Positions 15,107-21,450 of a stretch of 32,000 nt of DNA are shown here, piece by piece. Positions within the stretch are counted from its first letter, which is position 1; each line of letters opens with the position of its first letter. The notes under the pieces were generated by a model. That model saw only the letters and a list, made by a program, of their open reading frames with translations, did not search any database and had not been told where the DNA came from. Location of the stretch: assembly GCA_000830275.1 (NCBI GenBank), contig CP010424.1:210001-242000 (forward strand), read 5' to 3'. Origin of the DNA: an archaeon GW2011_AR10. GTDB lineage: Archaea > Iainarchaeota > Iainarchaeia > Iainarchaeales > GW2011-AR10. The position numbers were made by a program, and so were the translations under genes.

Positions 15107-15721
15107 TCACTTTTTTGCAACGAAGAAGAAAACCGCAATTGCCACTATTACAACAACTGCAACCAGGGCCAATGTAAAATCAAAGCCCGGTGCGTTTTGC
15201 GTGGCTGGCTGCTGAGCCTGTTCCCCTATTTCAACAGGCATTACTTGGTGGGGAACTTTTTCCGCTGCTGAATTAGTGATGATGCTGCCAGAAATCGAAA
15301 TTTCCGGGTTTCCTTCGCCTTTCGCTGTAAAGTAAACTTTTGCAAGTTCGCCTGAACCCTTAACTCCCGGCTTTTTTCCGAGCCTTGCAGCAACAATTCC
15401 TTTAATGAGGCCAGGCTCATTTTCCTGCGAGTAAGTGAAGAACGTTTCCTCTGCTCCATTATTGTTTAGAAATGCCCCCTCCTCTATCGGTAACAGTGGT
15501 TCAAATCTGCCAAGCTCTAAAACTTCAGGATTATAGTTTACGGCAAACTGGAAGCCTGTTAAATCAAAGGCGTTTTTAACGCTTACTGTGAGAACGTTGT
15601 CTTGGAATGTTGAAGTTATCTGCGCCTGCCCTTGTGTAAGAGCGGGCATGCTGACAGCACCTGAACCCACGAAAGTTAGAATAAATGCAACTGCCACCAA
15701 AACCATTTTTACTGAATCCAA
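15107..15721 (-). CDS. cohesin-like domain surface protein with C-terminal TM anchor
   Basis: It has a signal peptide. LTGFQFAVNYNPEVLEL...EGAFL...GLIKGIVAARLG...GSGELAKVYFTAKGEG matches the cohesin (type I-like) pattern. The C-terminal anchor is LALVAVVVIVAIAVFFFV. Confidence 0.6.
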   Translation of the reverse strand: MDSVKMVLVAVAFILTFVGSGAVSMPALTQGQAQITSTFQDNVLTVSVKNAFDLTGFQFAVNYNPEVLELGRFEPLLPIEEGAFLNNNGAEETFFTYSQENEPGLIKGIVAARLGKKPGVKGSGELAKVYFTAKGEGNPEISISGSIITNSAAEKVPHQVMPVEIGEQAQQPATQNAPGFDFTLALVAVVVIVAIAVFFFVAKK

Positions 15722-15769
15722 TTAAACCACTTTAAAAATATAAATTCAACCTTATATAAAAAGCTGCAC

Positions 15770-16201
15770 TTATTTTTTGGCGTTTGATTCAAAGGAAAAA
15801 ACAACTGTTTCATCGTGGCAGTAGCGTATGATGTGCGTTGGCTGCTCTTCGTCCCTGCATACTTCGGTTGTGCAATTGCATCGGAACTCATTGGAATTAA
15901 GGTCCTTTGAAACCTTCCAGCTGTTGAAGTCAATTTCAAGGCAGGTTAAATCGCATGCGCTGCTTAAAATGTTCAAGTCAATGCCTGCAGCATTAAAATC
16001 CAATTCAAAATTGAACCTGATTGTTTTCTGCGTCAAATCAATGTCAATCGAATTTGAGTCTGGCGCTGCAGCATTCAAATCAGTGCCGTTATTGAGGTCA
16101 GTGGCAGAGTTAAGGTCATTCTGGCCATTATTGGGCTGCTGGCTGCAGCCAGCGAGAAACAAAAGACCGATTGCAAGCAAGAGCAGTTTTTTCATATACA
16201 A
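15770..16201 (-). CDS. putative lipoprotein with DLN repeats and Cys-rich C-terminal half
   Basis: MKKLLLLAIGLLFLAGCSQQP is lipobox-like (LAGC). It also has repeated (T)DLN motifs and 8 Cys in total, 7 of them in the mature part. Confidence 0.65.
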   Translation of the reverse strand: MYMKKLLLLAIGLLFLAGCSQQPNNGQNDLNSATDLNNGTDLNAAAPDSNSIDIDLTQKTIRFNFELDFNAAGIDLNILSSACDLTCLEIDFNSWKVSKDLNSNEFRCNCTTEVCRDEEQPTHIIRYCHDETVVFSFESNAKK

Positions 16202-16238
16202 AAATTGTTGTTGGAAATTTTTTTAAGCTTCTCTTCTG

Positions 16239-16391
16239 CTTAGCCCTTCACGAAAACAACTATTGCCACAACAATGAAAATGAATGTAAGGTACGGGTTC
16301 AGTACTGCAACCGGTTCCGGCAGCGGCGGGATAAGCATGCCTAAAGCAATTCCAATCAAAAACAGGCCCAAAGCCTTGTTGTCTGCTGCCA
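16239..16391 (-). CDS. small 50-aa two-helix membrane protein
   Basis: Below the track's length cutoff; my own translation is MAADNKALGLFLIGIALGMLIPPLPEPVAVLNPYLTFIFIVVAIVVFVKG. A TATA box lies about 29 nt upstream. Confidence 0.4.
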
Positions 16392-16414
16392 TGAATTACT
16401 ATTACGCCAAAGCA

Positions 16415-16424
16415 GTATTTAAAA
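16415..16424. promoter_or_regulatory. shared, near-palindromic TATA box for divergent genes 16391(-) and 16449(+)
   Basis: TATTTAAAAG (rc CTTTTAAATA) is centred about 29 nt from both start codons. Confidence 0.4.
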
Positions 16425-16448
16425 GTTTGCAGGCAACAATTATAATGG

Positions 16449-16958
16449 GTGAAACAGTTGATTGGAGCGCATTTGAAGGAATTTCTCATCACGTTGGTTC
16501 TGATTATTGCGCTGGCTTTCCTCATTGAGCTGGTGCCAGAGCCTGAAACCCTGAGCGCAGAATTTGTTTTCTCTCCAGTTGTGCTATTGCTGGGCATAAC
16601 TGCGCTTTCTTTGCCGTTCTTTGCCTCAATTCCTGCTGGCTATCTTATTTCAAAAAAGCGGGCTGAATTAAAGGATGCTATTGCTGTGCCTGCAGCTGCC
16701 GGTGTTGTCGCGGCACTGCTTATTGTAGGGTTTTCTGTTGTGCAACTAATGCTCACAAGCGATGCTGAAATAGCCGAGCAGCTCCAGAAAATGGAGGAGT
16801 TCGGCATGGGCTTTTTCGCCAGCATGACCCCAGAACAATACAGGTCATTTGCAATAACCTCAAGCTTATTCGGATTTGTTCTAGTGGCAGTAATCAACTT
16901 TGCTTTGGGCATTTTAGGCGGCCTTGCCGGAAGGTTCATTGCACTGCGCAGAATCTGA
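16449..16958 (+). CDS. integral membrane protein (about 4 TM helices), unknown function
   Basis: GTG start. The hydrophobic helices are ITLVLIIALAFLI, VVLLLGITALSLPFF, AAAGVVAALLIVGFSVV and LFGFVLVAVINFALGILGGLAG. Confidence 0.65.
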   Translation: MKQLIGAHLKEFLITLVLIIALAFLIELVPEPETLSAEFVFSPVVLLLGITALSLPFFASIPAGYLISKKRAELKDAIAVPAAAGVVAALLIVGFSVVQLMLTSDAEIAEQLQKMEEFGMGFFASMTPEQYRSFAITSSLFGFVLVAVINFALGILGGLAGRFIALRRI

Positions 16959-17029
16959 ACAACCCAAAACAATTCGCGGTCAAAACCTTTTTGGAAACCC
17001 AAGCAAAATCATGGATTTTGCGGGCCACG

Positions 17030-17123
17030 TAAAACCAAAGGTTTTACAAGGAGGTTTGCGAAAAGTGGCCTTCGGCTAAAACCAAAGGTTTTGCAAGGAG
17101 TTTTATCAAAAAGTGCCTTCAGC
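17030..17123. repeat. two tandem 47-bp units, each starting with the mini-palindrome AAAACC-AAA-GGTTTT
   Basis: Unit 17030-17076 is taaaaccaaaggttttacaaggaggtttgcgaaaagtggccttcggc. Unit 17077-17123 is taaaaccaaaggttttgcaaggagttttatcaaaaagtgccttcagc. They are about 80 percent identical. Confidence 0.8.
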
Positions 17124-17135
17124 TTTTGGACTGTC

Positions 17136-17176
17136 TTGCAAACTCCGTTTGCGAGGTCTCGCAGAACTTTGTTCTG
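17136..17176. repeat. composite palindromic element E1
   Basis: TTGCAAAC-tcc-GTTTGCGA, overlapping GCGAG-gt-CTCGC, then CAGAAC-ttt-GTTCTG. The same architecture recurs at 30357-30402. Confidence 0.75.
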
Positions 17177-17264
17177 TAAGACGGCCATTATAAAGCAAGA
17201 TTTGAAATATTTTCTGTTTTTTTAGGTAGGCAAAACAAATCAATAACTTTAAATACACAATACT

Positions 17265-17290
17265 AACTAATAGTTATTAGTTGATAACTA
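17265..17290. promoter_or_regulatory. overlapping inverted repeats just upstream of the TA operon (candidate operator)
   Basis: AACTAATA-gt-TATTAGTT (17265-17282), and TAGTTAT (17271-77) with ATAACTA (17284-90). These end 4 nt before the start codon. Confidence 0.4.
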
Positions 17291-17293
17291 AAG

Positions 17294-17575
17294 GTGATGT
17301 TTGTGTATAAGCAGGAGCAGAAGCTGGAGCATTCCCCTACCCTTAACACGGTTTTGATGGTTGAGAATCTACTAAAGACTATGAGTGAGAGCGTGATTAG
17401 CATGGCAGAAATCAAGAAGAGGCTTCCCAAAAAAGTGAACCACAACACCCTAAAAGTAATCCTCGAATACCTTGAAGAGAGCAACAAGATAGCCGTTACA
17501 ATGAAGGGCATTACCTGGATTCATAACACTAGCCCCAACCTCAAAAAGGCCATTGCAAGGGGTCTTGAACTGTGA
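17294..17575 (+). CDS. putative antitoxin / winged-helix DNA-binding protein
   Basis: A 93-aa ORF overlaps the downstream toxin gene by GTGA. The helix-turn-helix-like segment is ISMAEIKKRLPKKVNHNTLKVILEYLEESNKI. Confidence 0.55.
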   Translation: MMFVYKQEQKLEHSPTLNTVLMVENLLKTMSESVISMAEIKKRLPKKVNHNTLKVILEYLEESNKIAVTMKGITWIHNTSPNLKKAIARGLEL

Positions 17576-17925
17576 AGGCTGTGAGGGTAGTCCTGTCCCC
17601 TGAGGCCGAGGAAGTTTACAAGTACCTTAACGAGCAGGCCCCAAAATCAAAGGCCGAGCGCTCAATCCTCAACGCGGTAAACAAGAAATCCGAACTAATA
17701 AAGGCAAACCCTCATTATGGAGACCCCATCTCGCACGACCTCATACCAAAAGAATATGTGCAAAAATACGGTGTAACAAACCTTTTCAGGGTAGGGCTTC
17801 CAAGTTTTTGGAGAATGCTTTATACCCTAACTAACAACGACACCAAAATAGAAATCATTGCGTTCATCCTTGATATTTCAAGCCATCCTGACTATGACAA
17901 GAAAATGAAATACAAAAAACGCTGA
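17572..17925 (+). CDS. RelE/ParE-superfamily toxin
   Basis: An N-terminal helical hairpin (LSPEAEEVYKYL...ILNAV...ANPHYGDPI) is followed by FRVGLPSFWRMLYTLTNNDTKIEIIAFILDISSHPDYD, the usual R..Y...beta-sheet...H..Y signature. Confidence 0.7.
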   Translation: MKAVRVVLSPEAEEVYKYLNEQAPKSKAERSILNAVNKKSELIKANPHYGDPISHDLIPKEYVQKYGVTNLFRVGLPSFWRMLYTLTNNDTKIEIIAFILDISSHPDYDKKMKYKKR

Positions 17926-18357
17926 TTTGAATAAGTTGAGAGGGCTATAATGGGGTTGTTTGGAATTAGCTGCTAATCGTTAAACTTCACTCGCTTTTTA
18001 AAGCTCTTTCACAAAAAATAGTAGGTGTATAAAAAAAACAGAATTAAATGTGTGGCCCGGGAGCCACAAACAGTTGCCTAATACCACTTTTTTTCTCTCT
18101 TAGCCGAGTGAGCCTGCTCCCGAACCATTATGCTAAAGTGATTGTTTTAGGTTCAACCACCTCGCCAATATTGGGGCCTTTCTTATATAAAATTTTTCCT
18201 GAAACTTTGCTTAGTTAATAAGTTTTAAACGTTAAAGTGTGAAAACAAAAATCGGCTTTGCCTTTGGCCGTAAGGCCATCAAACTTGGACGCATGCTGCT
18301 TTTTGGGCAGCAGTAATTTTTCAGTTTGTCTTTTATCCGGATTTTCTGCTGTGGTTT

Positions 18358-18377
18358 TTTTTTGGTATGGGGTTTTT
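18358..18377 (+). repeat. left 20-bp direct repeat flanking hicBA
   Basis: TTTTTTGGTATGGGGTTTTT is 19/20 identical to 18921-18940. Confidence 0.8.
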
Positions 18378-18430
18378 GTGGTGATGGCAAAGCTTTAAAT
18401 TAACCTTTTGGATAATTATATTGTGATAAA

Positions 18431-18688
18431 ATGGTGAAAAGTAAAAAAGAAATAGTTTTGAATTATACTGCTGTTTTTGAGCCTCAGCCTGAGGGCGGTT
18501 ATACTGTTATTGTTCCTGCTTTGGCCGGATGCGTGAGTGAAGGGAATAGTTTGGAGGAGGCAAGGGAAATGATTGGTGATGCAATTAGGGCATATTGTGA
18601 GAGCTTGTTAAAGGATAATCTGCCACTTCCAAAGGACATTCAGTTAAAACCGAGAAATGAAAAAATTCGCGTATTGTTGAGTGCGTAG
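18431..18688 (+). CDS. hicB: HicB-family antitoxin
   Basis: YTAVFEPQPEGGYTVIVPALAGCVSEGNSLEEAREMIGDAIRAY is the HicB/UPF0150 N-terminal fold signature. Confidence 0.85.
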   Translation: MVKSKKEIVLNYTAVFEPQPEGGYTVIVPALAGCVSEGNSLEEAREMIGDAIRAYCESLLKDNLPLPKDIQLKPRNEKIRVLLSA

Positions 18689-18690
18689 TT

Positions 18691-18918
18691 GTGGGTTTTT
18701 TACCGTCTTTAAAGCCTTATCGGGTTTTGAAAGTTCTAAAGAAAGCAGGTTTTTTTGTTCATCACCAAACAGGAAGCCACGTTGTTTTAAAACACATAGC
18801 AGATAAATCAAAAAGAGTTATAGTTCCTGTTCATAAAAAAGACCTTAAAATTCGAACAATCAGGAGCATTATTTCCGAAGCCGGCTTTACTGTTGAGGGG
18901 TTCAAAAAATTGCTTTGA
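18691..18918 (+). CDS. hicA: HicA-family mRNA interferase toxin
   Basis: VLKVLKKAGFFVHHQTGSHVVLKH...VPVHKKDLKIRTIRSIISEAG matches the HicA pattern. The GTG start is 2 nt after the hicB stop. Confidence 0.85.
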   Translation: MGFLPSLKPYRVLKVLKKAGFFVHHQTGSHVVLKHIADKSKRVIVPVHKKDLKIRTIRSIISEAGFTVEGFKKLL

Positions 18919-18920
18919 AC

Positions 18921-18940
18921 TTTTTTGGTTTGGGGTTTTT
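18921..18940 (+). repeat. right 20-bp direct repeat flanking hicBA
   Basis: TTTTTTGGTTTGGGGTTTTT starts 3 nt after the hicA stop. Confidence 0.8.
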
Positions 18941-18994
18941 CAAGCAAAGTCTGCTATGAGTCTATTTTGGTTTTGAAATACTGCAAGCAAAAAC

Positions 18995-19003
18995 AATAAA
19001 TAT
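18995..19003 (+). promoter_or_regulatory. TATA box candidate (leaderless gene at 19025)
   Basis: AATAAATAT is centred 26 nt upstream of the ATG. The context aaaacaataaata resembles the eno promoter. Confidence 0.4.
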
Positions 19004-19024
19004 CAGTTTCTCCCTCAGATTTAC

Positions 19025-19660
19025 ATGCTTCCGCACGAGCGCAGGGCAGTAGTGCTTTCAGCACTTGTTTTTTTGTTGCTGTTTTTCATAAACATTTCCT
19101 CCAATACTCTCCCTGTGCTGAAAAATGTGAGCAAAGCATCTGCTGTTACAGCTACTCTGCTCATTGCGGTAACACTTTTCTTGGGGCCTCTTTCAAGGTT
19201 TTTTCCAGGCTACTTCAAGCACGACCTTATTTACAGGAAGTTCCTTGGCTTAAGCGGGTTCTTTTTTGCCCTGCTTCATGCTCTCGCAGCATTCGTTGGC
19301 ACATACAAGGCTGACATCTTCCTTGTCTTCTCTGTCGCTAACCCAAATTTTTATCCGGCTGTTTTCGGGGCAATAGGCCTTCTAGTATTATTTGCCCTTG
19401 CTGCAACATCAACGGCGCATGCAATAAAAAAACTCACTTTCAATAACTGGAAGTTTTTGCAGCGCTTAGGCTACCTTTCATTGGTTTTTGTAGTGCTTCA
19501 CTTTGTTTTCGTGGGCAACAGCTATTTCCTTAAATCGGTTGCAGGGCAAGCGCTGCTTGTTTTCAGCTTCATGGTAGTTGTTGCAAAGCTCTTGGCAATT
19601 GCTGCCGGGCTCCCGAAAGAGCACTCAAAAGAAGAAATAAAGCATTTAACGAAAAGTTAG
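19025..19660 (+). CDS. ferric-reductase-like transmembrane domain protein (MsrQ/YedZ-like)
   Basis: It has six hydrophobic helices. LGPLSRF...YRKFLGLSGFFFALLHAL and VVLHFVF place His residues in TM helices as in the heme-b-binding YedZ family. The assignment is by pattern only. Confidence 0.5.
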   Translation: MLPHERRAVVLSALVFLLLFFINISSNTLPVLKNVSKASAVTATLLIAVTLFLGPLSRFFPGYFKHDLIYRKFLGLSGFFFALLHALAAFVGTYKADIFLVFSVANPNFYPAVFGAIGLLVLFALAATSTAHAIKKLTFNNWKFLQRLGYLSLVFVVLHFVFVGNSYFLKSVAGQALLVFSFMVVVAKLLAIAAGLPKEHSKEEIKHLTKS

Positions 19661-19748
19661 TGGCGGCGAATTTTCCCAAATTTTTTCGCTTCAATTGCGC
19701 GCGAAACATTTAAATTTCAGGAAGCTGTTAGTTTTATTGGAGGAAAAA

Positions 19749-20189
19749 ATGCCGCCAAGGTCTAATCCGTCAAGAGTGCAGCGCAGGAATGAAAGAAGCG
19801 CTGTTAGGACTTCTCTTGGAATAGTGCCTGAAAGGCGGAGGCCGTCAAAAGGGCAGAGGAAAGCCATCCGTTCAAGGCTCAATGCTTCAAGAAAACAACA
19901 ATCAGCGGAAGCTGCTGAAAAAGCAAAGCAAAGATTTCTTGGAGAAAGGAAAGCACGTGAGAAGGAAGAAGAGCAAGCTGCTCTCCGGCAGAAACGAGAC
20001 AAAAGGTTGATTAAGCTTCTAGAAGCATCAGACGAAGTTCTTCTTGCCGAATTGAGAAAACATGGCTTAACTAATGGGCTTAGTAAAGAGGTCGATGAGC
20101 TTTTCCGTTATAGTGCGTTTAGCCATTATGGGAGAGAGAACGTCATTCTTCAGATAATAAAAAAAGAGTTCCCTTCCTTGGAATCATAG
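19749..20189 (+). CDS. hypothetical basic protein
   Basis: I take the first ATG at 19749 (MPPRSNPSRVQRRNERS...). The N-terminal ~100 aa are rich in R/K/E/Q, and the C-terminal part is helical. I recognise no family. Confidence 0.55.
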   Translation: MPPRSNPSRVQRRNERSAVRTSLGIVPERRRPSKGQRKAIRSRLNASRKQQSAEAAEKAKQRFLGERKAREKEEEQAALRQKRDKRLIKLLEASDEVLLAELRKHGLTNGLSKEVDELFRYSAFSHYGRENVILQIIKKEFPSLES

Positions 20190-20233
20190 AGATAGTGAAA
20201 GAAGAGCATTACTGATTATTTCTCTTTTGCAGG

Positions 20234-21442
20234 TTAAAACCATTTCCAAAACCAGTACTTTTCAAACAAAACCTTTGCCCAATGCAGTATAATGTTTGGT
20301 CCTTTCAGGTTAATTTTTCTTGGTTCAGCATAAAAATTTCCCCCACCATAAGCGGCTTTTCCGTGGCCGATTTCCACAAAGCAGAACCCATAACCATTGA
20401 ATTCCTTGAGCGATTTTAACCCGAGTATTTCTGCAGCAATATTGTTTGAAATCACTTCTGCTTGGAAGTGAGCAAAAACCCCTGCTTTTGGCAGCATTTT
20501 TCCGTCAGAAAGTTTTATTGCTGTAATATCACCGATTGCGAAAACATTTTCATGCCTTGTTCTAAGGGTTTTCATGTCAACAGGAACCCAGCCACTTTCA
20601 TTTGTAAGGTCTGCATCTCTTACAACCCTCGGCGCAGAGTGCGGCGGAACAAACAATAAAAGATCAAACCCTGCATTTTTGCTGCCTTCAAAATTTATAG
20701 TTTTCTTTTTAGGGTCAACCGATATTACTTTAACTTCAGGAGAAAATTTTATGTTTCTCTCTTCCAGCATCATTTTCAGGCCGTTTCCGACTTCAGGGCC
20801 TGCTGCAGGCATTGGCAGTGTTTCAGGCGTGCAAACCTCTAAATCTATTTTTTCCCTGATTCCTTTCTTTTTGAAATAATAATCCAGCAGCATTGCTGCT
20901 TCATATGGTGCCGCAGGGCACTTGAATGGTGTGCCAGCAATTAATACAACAATTTTTCCGTCAGTGAATTTTTCAAGTTCTTTCCCAAGTTTTGATACGC
21001 TGTCAATGCTGTACAGGTTAAACCCGCTTTCTTTTAACCCTTTTATGCTTTCTGCTGCCAAGTCTGCGCCCAGAGAAATTATAAGGTAATCGAAATTGAT
21101 GGCTCCTTTTCCGGTTTTCACAGATTTCTCGGATATACTTATCTCTTTGACCTCGTCATTTATGAATTCTATTCCTTTGCGGGTCAGCAGACTTAGTTCT
21201 TTCTGGATTTTTTCTGGTTTCCGCTGCCCTATCATCAGCCAGAGGAGAGAGGGCTGAAAAACATGTTTTGAATTTTTGTCAATTACTACAATTCTGTGTT
21301 CAGTTCCCAATTTTTTTCTAAGCTCGTTGGCTGCCACTAGGCCTCCTGCTCCGCCGCCCAAAATAACAATTTGCTTTGGCACCATAATAAAACCCATAAC
21401 ATGCCTTTTGTTTTTTGTTTTGTTCTCCTGTATTTCAAGCAA
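20234..21442 (-). CDS. FAD-dependent pyridine-nucleotide-disulfide oxidoreductase, sulfide:quinone oxidoreductase-like
   Basis: IVILGGGAGGLVAANEL (Rossmann fold), HVFQPSLLW, FKCPAAPYEAA and FAIGD. The likely true start is M16 or M20 (21397 or 21385). Confidence 0.75.
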   Translation of the reverse strand: MLEIQENKTKNKRHVMGFIMVPKQIVILGGGAGGLVAANELRKKLGTEHRIVVIDKNSKHVFQPSLLWLMIGQRKPEKIQKELSLLTRKGIEFINDEVKEISISEKSVKTGKGAINFDYLIISLGADLAAESIKGLKESGFNLYSIDSVSKLGKELEKFTDGKIVVLIAGTPFKCPAAPYEAAMLLDYYFKKKGIREKIDLEVCTPETLPMPAAGPEVGNGLKMMLEERNIKFSPEVKVISVDPKKKTINFEGSKNAGFDLLLFVPPHSAPRVVRDADLTNESGWVPVDMKTLRTRHENVFAIGDITAIKLSDGKMLPKAGVFAHFQAEVISNNIAAEILGLKSLKEFNGYGFCFVEIGHGKAAYGGGNFYAEPRKINLKGPNIILHWAKVLFEKYWFWKWF

Positions 21443-21450
21443 TCGATTAT

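Noticed and set aside
16223-16597. 124-aa minus-strand ORF and 84-aa plus-strand ORF (16274..16528)
   Set aside because: They span the divergent promoter and overlap better-supported membrane-protein ORFs (16239..16391 on the minus strand, 16449..16958 on the plus strand). Their composition is unlike that of the neighbouring proteins.
17030-17123. Possible CRISPR array or degenerate repeat-spacer structure
   Set aside because: There are only two directly abutting 47-bp units with no spacers and no cas genes. No other regularly spaced repeats occur in the window.
16959-18940. Calling the TA-containing segment a mobile genetic island
   Set aside because: No integrase, transposase, tRNA-adjacent att site or terminal inverted repeats are visible. 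Only the local 20-bp direct repeats around hicBA are supported, and those are reported separately.
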